A stretch of DNA of 64,000 nucleotides. It comes from Eledone cirrhosa. Lineage: Eukaryota. The notes under the pieces were generated by a model, which was not told where the DNA came from, made no database searches, and worked only from the letters and a program-made list of their open reading frames with translations. The stretch lies in NCBI GenBank assembly GCA_964016885.1, contig OZ024747.1, forward strand, positions 15,438,001 through 15,502,000, in the 5' to 3' direction. Shown piece by piece: positions 1-12,216 of the stretch. Made by a program: the position numbers and the translations under genes. Each line of letters begins with the position of its first letter. Position 1 is the first letter of the stretch.

Positions 1-175
1 ACATACACACATATACATATACATCTAAAGAGAGAAAGGGAGATGTAGAGAGAGAGAGAGAGAGCCAGATAGGTCGTTATACAGAGAGAGAGGTACAAGA
101 TAATCAGATAGAAAGACAGAGAGAGAGAGAGAATGCCGACGAACGCTGGTTCACACACACGCAAACACATATATA

Positions 176-184
176 TATAAAGAC

Positions 185-279
<95 letters not shown>

Positions 280-345
280 TGAGTGAGAGAGAGAGAGGGA
301 AAAGAGAGAGAGAGAGAGAGGGTATGAGCAAAAAGGGAGAGGGGT
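176..345. repeat. (GA)n microsatellite
   Basis: Direct reading; it explains the SLSL ORFs at 104-390. Confidence 0.95.
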
Positions 346-683
346 TGAGAAAGAAAGAAAGTTTATGCAAAGAATCGCCGCTTTCAACATTAACGGGATC
401 TTCTTAAAATAATAAATTCAATCTGTTATCGCAGAATTACAGGAATACGATATTTTGGTTCTTGAAGACGTTCCCTGGCAATGAACGGAAAAATAGCGAG
501 GATAATACGTCGTTATGTGGACCGGAAAGAACAATTTCATGCAAAGACAAGACCAAGTTTATGGTATAAATGGAGTTGTTAGACTAATATTCTATTTAAA
601 ATAACCGAATGAATTCCAGCCCCGGAGTTTAAGAATGATGTAAATAAAATTGTAAACGAAAATGACAGAGGTTATTAAAATAG

Positions 684-797
684 TTGTTTCTACTTTTGGC
701 ACAAAGCCAGCAATTAACCAGTACATTACTGGTACTATATTTTATCGACCCCGTAAGGATGAAAGGCAAAGTTAAGCTCGACGGGATTTTAACTTTG
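684..797 (-). mobile_element. tRNA-derived SINE family A, 3' fragment
   Basis: Shares the core ttttatcgaccccgtaaggatgaaaggcaaagtt with more than 15 other copies in the window. Confidence 0.85.
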
Positions 798-971
798 CCT
801 TAAAATAGTAAAACTAAATAGTGAAGATTTAGGGCAGTACATACGTATGCGCCGACGGACATACACATAGATATACATACGCACACACAAATACATACAC
901 ACACACAAACAGACACACACATACATACACACACACACTCACACACACTCACACACACGTGTGTGTGTGTG

Positions 972-1404
972 TAAACATTATCCATTTCTACAGTATTTTC
1001 ACCAAACTTAAGACATAGGTTACTTATGTACTCCGGATGGTCATGGGCACTTTCATTTTTCCAGATATTGATTATAGGGCCGCCCAGCAGATAACCCCCT
1101 GTAACCACTTCCTTGGAGTCGACTGAAGCACTGCAGTGCAATGCAACAAAACGTCATAACCTCTGGTGTTCACAACCGATTTTCTCAAAACTTGACACAT
1201 GGGCTACATTTGTTCTACAGATGAATGTGAACTCTCAGAATTGGCACATATTGAGTAGGGGACTCCTGGGGGAAGGAACCTCCTTTTAGAAAAACCCGAG
1301 GATTTTTTAAAAGTATAGTTTTCGAAACAGCATTGAAGTATAGGCATTAATGGTATACATAACTGCTATTTAATACCCGAGCTAAGCCGGGTACCTCTGA
1401 TAGT
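972..1404 (+). mobile_element. Non-autonomous Helitron-like element (putative)
   Basis: 3' hairpin tacccg-agctaagc-cgggta followed by ctctgatag|t, a CTAG-like end. Internal ccgattttctcaaaactt motif resembles Helitron-N/HINE elements. Confidence 0.45.
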
Positions 1405-1531
1405 ATATATATATAGTAATAATAATAAATGTGAAAACTAAAATCCAAAGAGGGCTCGATAAGGATAAATATATATGAAATATATAAGTACCCTAGAGCA
1501 AATATTTTATATATATATATAAAATGTTTGC

Positions 1532-1563
<32 letters not shown>

Positions 1564-1581
1564 TATATATATATAGGAAAA

Positions 1582-1614
<33 letters not shown>

Positions 1615-1690
1615 CTGTTATTTTAATATATATATATATAAAATATTTCCTATATATATATATATATAGGAAAAGTATGTATATATATAA

Positions 1691-1762
1691 CAATTATAAG
1701 AATATTTGTTTCGACACACTATTTCATATCAAAAACCTCGCAAAACTAATTCATCGCCGTTA
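1691..1762. repeat. TA-inserted repeat family B, fragment (other copies 16783-16940, 17140-17240, 19380-19415, 38586-38716)
   Basis: Shared terminus aaaactaattcatcgccgtta abutting (TA)n. Confidence 0.8.
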
Positions 1763-1779
1763 TATATATATATATATAT

Positions 1780-1944
<165 letters not shown>

Positions 1945-3754
1945 CGTGCGTGTTTCAAATACTCTTTCATTGATTTTGAATTACAGTCTTGATTGTTGCT
2001 ATTAATCATATAATACTTGTACTGGTTGCTTTTTAGCACCAGTTCCTCTATGACTGAGCCGGATGGTGAAAATATATCCATCAATATAAAGCCCATACTG
2101 CTTGTCTTGACTACACTATGCAATGCGTTTCACTATATCAAAATCGCTGAATGCAATTTGCAATAGATTTATGCAAGTTGCTCTTTGTAGTAAATCGAAC
2201 GTTCACGAATATAGTTCTACATTGGTTAGATCTAATATTGTGTCTAACGTAGACACATTTTTACATATTTTGAGATGGCATTGAATACAGAACTCAGAAT
2301 ACTATATGGCTACATCAAAAACAATTATGCACGCAGCGAATTTATCTATCTAATCTATTCTGGCTGAGTTTACACTTGCAAATAAGAAGAACCAGGACCG
2401 CCTCTAGGAGCATTGGATTTGGATTTGGTGAATACAATCAGGGTTCGCTGCTTCTACTGAAGGTAAATAGTTCTCTTCTAACTCGAGCTGAAGCGCCTTT
2501 CCATTGTCAATTTGTATTGATCATCTGCAAAGCCGAATTATTCTCAAAACCACTACACCAGTCTTTCGATGCGTGCAGCTGGAACTACTGCCACCCATTG
2601 ATTTGGCAGGATTTTTTTTATTTATTTAGATGGCCGTTCACTCTTATGAGTTCTTCCATCCCTTTGTCAGGTTTTGTTTTTTGTCCTGCAGGGTGTACAA
2701 AATCCCCCTCCTCACCAAGTAAACTTGGAGGGGTTGCCGGTTTCGTTGTCGACGACCGACCATGCGACAGGTTGTACTGGGTTACATGCTGCCAGTAGCA
2801 CTCAAGAATTTAGCAAATCATTAAAACATCGGATTGATTCTGTTCCGGCTCTCTCCGCATTGAGATCAAATTCTACGTATTTGTTTATCTTTTATATCGT
2901 ATGGCTCAATAAATGAAATACTCGAACCGGAGGGAGACTTTACACAACTGCGTTCTGAATACATCTGCGATATCGCATAGGTAAAGTGACATTTGTATTT
3001 GCATTAGTCCTATAAAGTATCGGTGCCATGGAGAGAGAACTATAATCAGGACTAGTCTTTTAATAATACAGAACTAGGTTTTTTGTTTTTTTTGTTTTTT
3101 GTTATTTTTTTTTATTTTCATTTTAATTTGAATAACCGAAATCAAATCAAATATTTCTGAAGGCCATTAATTGAAATTTATTAAAATTTGTAACAGAAAT
3201 ATATAAACAGAATTGTCACAAATTTTATGATTTAACAGTTAGTTATTCAATTGTGTTGGTGTTTGTTGATTTGTTCCTCAGTTTCCTTGATTCTCTCATT
3301 AATATGTTATTTTTAAGACAAAACCCTGAATAATAAACCTACTGCGAGCACACAAGTGATAAAAGAGCATTGTTTCTGTCCTAAATACTAGTTCCTTTGT
3401 ATTCTCTTCTAATTTTTGTTGCATTTTTGTTTTCTTATTTTCCGTTGTTTTGTTTCTGAAGTTTCTATGTGAAATAATTTACGGTAGCTAATAAATATTC
3501 ACGTTAATCATGACACCTCACAGGTCACTGAGTATATATTTGAAAAAAATAATGATAATAGGGAATTGTTATGTTAATGCGCAGCAATAGATGCGCTGAT
3601 AAAACTGTGCAAAAATTTGGGTACGACATATGCAGAGGAACAAGTTCTAAAAAATAGAATATTCTTCTCAAATCAAACCTTTCGTTTGAAGTTTCTGCTT
3701 CTATTTTTACCACATTTACATATTCTCTTGATCTTAATAATACAGATGTTAGAC

Positions 3755-3803
<49 letters not shown>

Positions 3804-3854
3804 TATATATATATATATATATATACACGCACATAGTAATAACAATAACGATAA

Positions 3855-4067
3855 AGGTTTCTTATTTAGGCACAAGGCCAACAATTCTTTGTGAAAGGGG
3901 AAAATCGATTGAAGCGGCCCCAGTGCATTACTGGTACTTTATTTTATCGAGCCCGTAAGGATGGAAGGCAAAGCTAACCTCGGTGGGATTTGAACTGAGA
4001 ACGTAAATTTCTGTACATATATGCCGCAAAGTATAATGCCCGGCGCTCTACTGATACTGCCAATTCA
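3855..4067 (-). mobile_element. tRNA-derived SINE family A
   Basis: Family core present; B-box-like gttcaaatccc and A-box-like tggcagtatcagtagag on the minus strand. Confidence 0.85.
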
Positions 4068-4068
4068 C

Positions 4069-4155
4069 ACGTCTGATGAGCTACTGATTCCAGAGCCATG
4101 TCCGACCGCTAATGATTGTACATTGAACTGATAGATCGTGAAACGCGCGTCACGT
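4069..4155 (+). ncRNA. Type I hammerhead ribozyme
   Basis: acgt-CTGATGA(4073)-long stem II-GAAA-CGCGCG-TC-acgt. Palindromic stem III, GUC site, AATAAA at 4159. Confidence 0.8.
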
Positions 4156-4450
4156 ATGAATAAAAATAATGAAGTGATACTGATACATCGTTTCTACTCT
4201 TTATTATTAATATTGTGGTTGTTGTACTTGTGGTTGTTGTTTTTGTTGTTGTTAACATCCTGCTACTAAAGAATACCGAATATAGTGAAATACCAAACGC
4301 AGAATCCAACGTCCTTAGCAGGACACAAATATTAGCATTGAGTGACGCAGAGATAACTGAAGCAGTGTGTGCATGAAGTATTTCTGTAGAAAGGGTAAAG
4401 GAAGGGAGAGTGCTCTAAGTACCCTACAGAGCTATTTAATATTAAATTTT

Positions 4451-4519
4451 CCTTTCTGATGAACGACTTCATACTTCTCTATTGAGCTCGACTATCTTCG
4501 TGAAAGCTTTGGTAAATGG
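4451..4519 (+). ncRNA. Degenerate type I hammerhead ribozyme
   Basis: ccttt-CTGATGA-acga...tcgt-GAAA-gctttgg-TA-aatgg. Stem II closes; stems I and III each have one mismatch. Confidence 0.55.
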
Positions 4520-4550
4520 AATAATTGTATTTTATTGTTTATTACATTAT

Positions 4551-4700
<150 letters not shown>

Positions 4701-4790
4701 TACATATTTGCTGTAGGGCTCCTCTATATTTGATATATATTTATCCTTATCAAGCCCTCTTTGGATTTTAGTCTTAAAATTTATTATTGT

Positions 4791-4822
<32 letters not shown>

Positions 4823-4825
<3 letters not shown>

Positions 4826-5045
4826 CTCCTCACCATCAGGATGTAACTGGTGGTTGATCTTCCCTCTCTGAAGCCGTTCTCTTTGTCCCCGAGCTTCTTC
4901 TCCATCTCGGGCTGGATCCTGTTAAAAATCATCCTGTTGAGGGTCTTTGCCACAAATGACCTCACTGAGATCCCTCTGTATTTGTTGGTGTTAGAGAGAT
5001 CTCCCTTCTGTGGCACCGGGACGATGTTACTGACCCCCACCCCCT
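4823..5045 (-). pseudogene. RTE-clade LINE reverse transcriptase fragment (inverted part)
   Basis: IVPVPQKGDLSNTNKYRGIS...GFREGRST, typical non-LTR RT N-terminal motifs. Confidence 0.85.
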
Positions 5046-5082
5046 GATTCGGGGCAACTCCTTTCTCCAGTGCATGCATCGA

Positions 5083-5250
5083 CACACTGGAAGTAGAAGA
5101 CCGAAGTTAACATATGTTGATGCCATAAGGACAGACGTTTGTCTGTTGCAGAGGCAGGACATGGCAGCAATAACGAGGGACAGAGACCGCTGGAGAGAAC
5201 TCGTCCATTGATCTCGGGAATTTTACCCACACTAGATAGATATAGATATA
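5083..5250 (+). mobile_element. RTE LINE 3' end with (AGAT)n-like tail
   Basis: Homologous to 44790-44950 (...RDRDRWxELVH...EFYP), followed by tagataga. Confidence 0.85.
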
Positions 5251-5290
5251 TAGATATATGTATATATATATTCATATATATATCTATATA

Positions 5291-5326
<36 letters not shown>

Positions 5327-5409
5327 TATATATATATATATATATAAACATTCATATATACATATATATATATATATTCATAAATATATATGTATTGATA
5401 AATATATTC

Positions 5410-5474
<65 letters not shown>

Positions 5475-5616
5475 GTAATATATATGTATAAATAAACACA
5501 GTAAATCTCGTGTCAAAAATTACGAGGGTATAGGATACCACTAATGTTTTAAAAATGTAATCTTAACCATACAGTATGATATATTAATTTTATACTGACC
5601 GTATTAAAAATATTTC

Positions 5617-5706
5617 ATCTCTCGACAGATTTTAGACTCAATCTGTTTCGCCCTGAAAAGATTGTGTTTGTAACAGATAATCTGTAGGCTATCATCAGCG
5701 AGAGAT
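5617..5706 (-). ncRNA. Type I hammerhead ribozyme in a TA-flanked element (~5495-5905)
   Basis: Reverse complement reads atctctcg-CTGATGA-tagcct...agggc-GAAA-cagatt(gagtctaa)aatctg-TC-gagagat. Stem III is 6 bp; stem I register is off by one base. Confidence 0.7.
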
Positions 5707-5946
5707 AGATCAAATGAAACAAAACACCTCTAAAGCAATTTGAGGACCAAAGATACGGTCGCTCGTGGTCTGCACGCTATACGTGGTATGGGTAGCTATG
5801 CTAGAAGTAATAGCCTTATCCCACTCAGTTTATAAGCTCACCCAATCAAGGAGCCGAAATACAAATAAAATATAGAGTTATTAACTCATATAGGTACCCT
5901 GCAATTATATATATATATATATACATATATATATACATATATATAT

Positions 5947-6157
5947 AACGAAGGAAATGTGGTAAGGAACCAGGTGGACCATAACGCACCAAAGTACTCA
6001 ATACTTAGGGTAGTAGAGTGGGTAATAGGAACGAGTAGTACCCCGATGGCTGAGCTCAAGCCGTTTCGACAGCTAATTCTGGACTAAAAATGTCCAGAAT
6101 TAGTCCAGAATTAGCCGTCGAAACGGCTTGAGTTCAGCCGTCGGGGTCCTACTCGTT

Positions 6158-6160
<3 letters not shown>
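5947..6160. mobile_element. Family C fold-back element in (TA)n
   Basis: About 6027-6086 is inverted at 6100-6161; both ends lie in TA. Confidence 0.8.
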
Positions 6161-6219
<59 letters not shown>

Positions 6220-6407
6220 GAAGTTAATATCCCCAAAGGTACTAAGTACCCCTGGAAATATATAGGGTGTCTATGATACAATGGTTGTTCTATGGTATTA
6301 ATTTGACATACCAGAACTATAATATTGAGATAAGCAGAGCAAGCAAGATTCAAACAATGTTTTAAAATAAATTAAAAAATATTATTTAAATATTTACCTA
6401 TTCCAAT

Positions 6408-6490
6408 TGCGTTTACCGACGGTTTCACTTCACAAAAGATTGAAGATCCCTAGGGACTTCCAATGGAAAAGTTTAGATCATCAGAGAGCA
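6408..6490 (-). ncRNA. Type I hammerhead ribozyme (left arm)
   Basis: tcatcag at 6478-6484 and taccgacggtttc at 6414-6426. Confidence 0.7.
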
Positions 6491-6751
6491 TTTTCCTTTC
6501 CTAGGACAAAAAGTCCCAGGAAGGGCAAAATATATTGCCATCTGCCAGCTAGCACAGGATCGAATGGGGCCGAAAATTTGACCTATGCATTAACCAGCTA
6601 ATAGTAGAAGAGGAAGTAAACATAGACGCATTGTCTACCACGCCACTAAAAATAGCAGCTAAATAGTTTTCGGCTCATTCGATCCTGTGCTAGCTGGCTG
6701 AATGCAATATATTTTGCCATTCCTAGGACTTCTTGTCCTAGGAAAGGAAAA

Positions 6752-6834
6752 TGCTCTCTGATGATCTAAATCTTTCCATTGGAAGTCCCTAGGGATCTCC
6801 ATTCTTTTGTGAAGTGAAACCGTCGGTAAAAGCA
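6752..6834 (+). ncRNA. Type I hammerhead ribozyme (right arm)
   Basis: tgctct-CTGATGA(6758)...GAAA-CCGTCGG-TA-aaagca. Confidence 0.75.
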
Positions 6835-7199
6835 ATTGGAATAGGTAAATATTTAAATTATATTTTTTTATTTATTTAAAAAAATTGTTTGAATCTTGCT
6901 TGCTCCGCTTATCTCTCGCGCGCTCTCCCTCTCTCTCTCTCTCTCGCCCTCTCTCTCTCTCTCTATGTATATATATATATATATGAATATATAAACCGCT
7001 GTAAATTCTGCAGCAGAATCAACCTCTTCTATAAATTTAGATTAAATAACACTGAGCCGCAGTAAGCTAAAATAATTTAATATAATGCATCAAACATCCA
7101 ATACGGAATCATCGTTACTTATGTGATGGATGTAAAAACTATATATTACTTTTCTTGAATGTGAAAATGGTGGTGGATACGAAATCCATAACTTTCTTT

Positions 7200-7800
7200 T
7201 GCTTCTCCTTTTTATTTTAATTTTCTGCACACATACTTTTTTATTATATACAAAAATACCTTACCACTACAACCACCATAATACTCTTACTTACCCGCTT
7301 AAAGTGCTTGTATTACATGTAACACCCTGCCATACAATAATCATATATAAATGAGACACACTTGCATGCTCCACGTGTAACTAACGCATACACTAACTAC
7401 TACCTCTGACTAACAAGCTATCCTCTTGCATTATCTGTGTTAACTGCTGAATGTATTTTAATTGTGTTTTAATTTTGTTTTCATTTTAATTTTGATTTTG
7501 ATTTTGGATTTGAATCGCTATACTGAAATAATATAGTATAATATATGTCACTCCACTCTACATCAATATATATATATGTATCTGTATGTCTGTTGTGTTG
7601 GAAAGGGGGTCAATTATGTGTACAAACATTGAAAAATGCTCCGAAGACTCCAAGCCTAGGTTTGGATGAAACAATTGTAAGTGAATAAATGCTTTGAACA
7701 TAGCTTTGATTCTTGTGAATTCTATATAACTGCTCTGTAGAACAACTGATGTTACTACATTGAGCTACTTATCTTACTGTTAATAAGCTGGTAATAAATT
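7200..7800 (+). mobile_element. Solo Penelope-like pLTR / 3' region related to the 3' end of element 2
   Basis: Co-linear similarity to 36360-36760: ttttga repeats, taattatgtg...aaacattga..aatgctccga, tgctctgta.aacaactg, tacattgagcta. Confidence 0.75.
7637..7683 (+). ncRNA. Hammerhead ribozyme variant (CCGAAGA core)
   Basis: tgct-CCGAAGA-c-tccaagcctaggtttgga-t-GAAA-CAATTG-TA-agtg-AATAAA. Confidence 0.7.
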
Positions 7801-7880
7801 ACTAACGTTCACTGTTTAGAGTTTAAAATATACATAATTATAAAAAGTTTTAGTATATACATAACCATAAATAGTATCCC

Positions 7881-7952
<72 letters not shown>

Positions 7953-8005
7953 AAATAATAAAAAATAAACCAAAGAAGCCTTCAATACATGAAAAGTCTT
8001 TTTTA

Positions 8006-8043
8006 GCCAACAATGCTTCGTCCTATTGAGGACTCATCAGGGC
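8006..8043 (-). ncRNA. Hammerhead in the inverted pLTR (GAAA mutated to GAAG)
   Basis: Reverse complement reads gcc-CTGATGA-gtcct caat aggac-GAAG-cattg-TT-ggc. Confidence 0.75.
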
Positions 8044-8155
8044 AAGTAAAGCTACAAGAAGCACTATCGGCCAATACAGGCCAAAAACTCAGAATAATAT
8101 GGAGTATACATCTATTAAAGCCCAGGAAAGATATCAAGGAAAAGTAGGCTAAGAT

Positions 8156-9312
8156 ATAATTTTGAGAACGATTTACTTTCCCTTGTCAAAAATATAAAGT
8201 ATAGGCCGTATAATAGATATGGGAACTATAATAAGTTCAACAGGTTCCAGTCTAAACTTAAGAATATCGTTAAGGATTTTAAAGGGAATAAGTCTATTCT
8301 TGTCCCGGCTGACAAGACTAAGAATCTTTACTCTCTGGATTACAATGCTTACCGTAATTTTATCTATAAGGAGCTGCATAAAAATTACAAAAAGACAACG
8401 CAAGATAATTTGGATCATATCAATAATGAGGGTCTCAAGATAGTTTCGGACCTGGGCCTTGATAAGTATACCCAGCCATATTACCCTAGGGAACCGAGAT
8501 TCACTCTTAAGGATCATAAGGTAGACTTCATTAGTAATCCTTCTCTTAGACTCATTAGTCCTTCTAAGTCTGATATAGCTATTATTAGTAAGAAAATCCT
8601 TGACCTGATTATACCAGCCGTTAGAGAAAAGGTCCATTTTAATCTATGGGGGAACACTAAGGATGTTATAGATTGGTTCTCTGGTATTAATAAACTTGAG
8701 TCTAGTAGGTTTATCCAGTTGGATATTGATGCCTATTACACGTCGATTTCACCTATCCTCCTTAATAAAGCCTTAATTATGGCCATGCGAGTGTCTAGCC
8801 TTACACGACCGCAGATTGATGTTATACTAGCAGCCCGTAGGACTATCATCAAATTCGAGGATACACTTTGGACGCGCAAAAACACACCCAACAATTTCGA
8901 CGTTACAATGGGTTCGAGTGATTCGGCCCAGGTTACTGATGTTGTTGGGCTGTTCCTCCTAAATGAACTGTATGTTACCTTTCCGTACCTTAAAGGCGGA
9001 CTTTATCGTGACGATGCATTGTTTCTGATAAACTCTAGCACCAACAACGTTGAGCATAATAGGAAGAAACTTTATAATTTTTTTTTAAATGTTAACCTTT
9101 CGATCACGATTGATAGAAATGATAGAGCGGTCAACTTTTTATATGTGACTTTGGACTTGGTCACTAATAGTTACAAACCCTTCCATAAGCCAAATGAGAT
9201 ACTCTCTTATGTTAATTCCAATTCTAACCACCCCAAATCTATGATTAGCTCTATAATTAACCGTGTATCTAATAGAATTTCCACACTCTCTGAAGGATAT
9301 AGGAATATTTAA
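8156..9312 (+). pseudogene. PLE reverse transcriptase (no start codon; +1 frameshift near 9290)
   Basis: The frame is open upstream of the 8410 ORF (FENDLLSLVKNIKY...VPADKTKNLY...DHINNE). Motifs LRLISPSKSD, FIQLDIDAYYTSI, FDVTMGSSDSAQV, GLYRDDAL, YVNSNSNHP. Confidence 0.92.
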
Positions 9313-10612
9313 TTCACATGCAGAGTACTATAATAATTCCCTAGCTAACTCTGGTTACTCTGGTAAAATACGTTATAATGAGAACAACCTTAGAAAGTCT
9401 CCGTTTACCCATAATAATAATAACTTAATTTCCCATAATATGGCCATGAATGGGAGTAGAAAGCATAAGAATCGTAGAAATCCCATAGGTGTATCCGAAC
9501 CCATCCATAGGTTAAGCTACCGTAATCGTAATAGTGAGTCTAATGGTACACTTTTCGGGATTGGTTCTGGGGAACAAGTTAGGCACTCTGATATCTCACC
9601 CAGTGGTAATGTTTTTACTGATTCTAATAGTGTTGTTTCAACTGATCCTGGAAATAACCCTAATCCTATTGATATGATTCCAGATAACACTAGATATACT
9701 AAAGGTAGAAACAGAAGGAGACTCAATAGGGTTTTGGTCGCTTCTAATAATGTTGTTTCAACTAGTCCTCGTAGTAACCCTGATCCTATTAGTGGGATAC
9801 TGGATAACGGTAGAGTTCGTAAGGATAGAAATAGGAGGAGACTCAATACTTATTTTAACCCGCCTTATGATCATGAAGTGTTAACTAACATCCCTAGGTC
9901 TTTCTTTTCTATCTTAGAGAAAAATTTCCCTCCTACTAATAAATACCATGGTATTTTTAATAAAAATGTAATTAAACTATCATTCTCTACCACCCCTAAT
10001 ATTAGTTCTCATTTAGCTAGCACTAATAATAGGAAAATTAGGGACAGCTACTCCTCTATGCGTTCTACTAGTCTTGATGGATCCATTAATGCCTTACCAC
10101 CTTATAATAACCCTAGAAGTGATGCATCACTTTTTCAGCCGGTAAATAGCACCAGGAAGTGTAACTGTAGAGTAAGAATTAACTGCCCTTTAAATGGTCA
10201 CTGCCTCTCTAGGAACATTGTTTATGCTTGTGAAGTTAAGACTGATTCTTCTAATAGCACATATATAGGCTCCACATCTAATACTTTTAAAACTAGGTTT
10301 AATTCTCATATCTCTAATTTTAAGCATGTTAAGTTTAAGAACTCTACTTCTTTAGCACACCATATCTGGGATCTTAAAGGGGCAGGCATGCCATATAGCC
10401 TTAATTGGCGTATAGTAGCACGCTCTAATAACCTATCAACACACACTAAATTCTGTAATCTCTGTATCCTAGAGACCCACTCTATAATTTTTTCAAGGGA
10501 AGTTTTGCTTAATAGAAAGTCTGAGATATTTTCTCCCTGCCCCCATGCCATTTCTAATTCTTTCTTCTATTATAGACCTAAAAGTTCTGGTAGTTTAAAT
10601 TGTATCCATTAG
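9293..10612 (+). pseudogene. PLE thumb/linker plus GIY-YIG endonuclease (continues the RT after the frameshift)
   Basis: YFNPPY, IKLSFSTTPN, CNCRVRINCPL (CxCx5C), IVY...YIGSTSNTFKTRFNSH, CNLCILE, LNRKSEIFSPCPH. Confidence 0.92.
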
Positions 10613-12178
10613 CTGCTATATTTCCTTATCTTTTTTGTTTAGGATCATTTTGATTAACATCATCTTTATTAATTTTACTACTTTTCGATTTTAGTTTCCA
10701 TAGTCTTTTGGCTACCATACCCTATCTATCGTCTTAAGCATTATTATAGTTTCACTACTAACACCTTATGGGTTTATATCTTATTAAATACTTTGGTTGG
10801 AGTCTCATTCAACTAATGTACCTCCTCCTCTACACACTTAATATCCGTCCCTTCTATTATACTATATATAAATTTCACCTTTATGCTCCTTTTATGATAT
10901 TATATAATATATTGATTTTACTTTTATGCTCCTTCCTATCCTCCATAAACTCTCTTCTTTCTGTTCCCATTGGTCTACCATAGTTCTATTTAGAGTCCTT
11001 TTATTTGATAACGTTATTCGACTGAACGGAGCATATTTTACTCTATTCTTGATAATTTTATTGAAATATCTCAAACTTATACGTTTTTGATGACTTAAAT
11101 TATAGCCAATTTTGATGTGACTAAATATGTATTTTAAATACTTTTAATATTAATTAATTTAAAAACGTTTTCTAGTCAATTCGCCGCTTACATTTCTATC
11201 TCTTCTTTTACTTAACCGCTTGTGACACCTAAGTAAATATACTTGTTTTTGTTTTTCGATCTTCGGTTTATTTTATTTTTTTTTTACTACCACATGCTGT
11301 TCATTAATATATGTCTGTGTATCTCAACCACGTAAATATTTATTAAGCATTTCCTTAGACTCTGTTCGATATTTGATATTAATATTGTTATATCATATCA
11401 TTTTTATGTAATCGTTATTTTATGTAAATGTTATTTGAAGTACTGTTCTGTTATATTTTCTAATATTTTGTGATATTTTGGTAATACTTATGCCAACGTA
11501 AAACGACTTGACCTCCGTGTATTTGTCACAATGATATAGATATTTTTTTCAACACAATTTTTTCAACACTATTTAGTTCTATATGATTTTTTTCTTACCC
11601 TGTATAACCTTGAATTATATATATGATGTAATTTTGTATATCTTTTAATGCCAATATATTATAATATTGTTATTATAATGTTATTATAATGTTTTTATAT
11701 TGTTTATGCACACTGATAGGGAATTATATATTATGTTTTAATTTTTTTTTTATCTTTATTCTTATTTTTATCTTTATTATATTATACTGTAAACAATATA
11801 TATGTATATTTAAATACTTAATAAGTGTTAGTTTGTGTTTGTACTAATATATATATGTATAGATATATATATATACATATATTAAGCTTTTTATTATCAC
11901 CATCTATTATATTATATTATATTCTATATCGTACTGTAATTCTCGCATTATATTACCATTGCTGTTTCAAGTTTTTGCATTATATAATATTTACAATGTG
12001 GGTTCAACATGTTAATCACTTCCTTGCTATTTGGTCTATATCTATGTTTGTAACTGCTTACTCTTAATCTTAGCCTACTTTTCTTTGATAGCTTTCCTGG
12101 GCTTTAATAGATGTATACTCCATATTCTTCTGAGTTTTTGGCTTGTATTGGCCGATAGTGCTTCTTGTAGCTTTACTT

Positions 12179-12216
12179 GTCCTGATGAGTCCTTAATAGG
12201 ACGAAACATTGTTGGC
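12179..12216 (+). ncRNA. Minimal type I hammerhead in the 3' pLTR of element 1
   Basis: gtc-CTGATGA-gtcct taat aggac-GAAA-cattg-TT-ggc, then AATAAA at 12218. Confidence 0.85.

Larger units (their letters stand above)
6327..6915. mobile_element. Fold-back hammerhead element (arms ~6327-6576 and ~6667-6915); partial third copy at 17960-18075
   Basis: ~250-bp imperfect inverted repeat; each arm carries a hammerhead. Confidence 0.85.

Noticed and set aside
9263-9312. Programmed frameshift between RT and endonuclease
   Set aside because: No slippery heptamer; PLEs normally have one ORF. A 1-bp insertion or sequencing error is simpler.
8173-10551. Antisense and alternative-frame ORFs over element 1
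   Set aside because: Shadows of the real coding frame, with no motifs.
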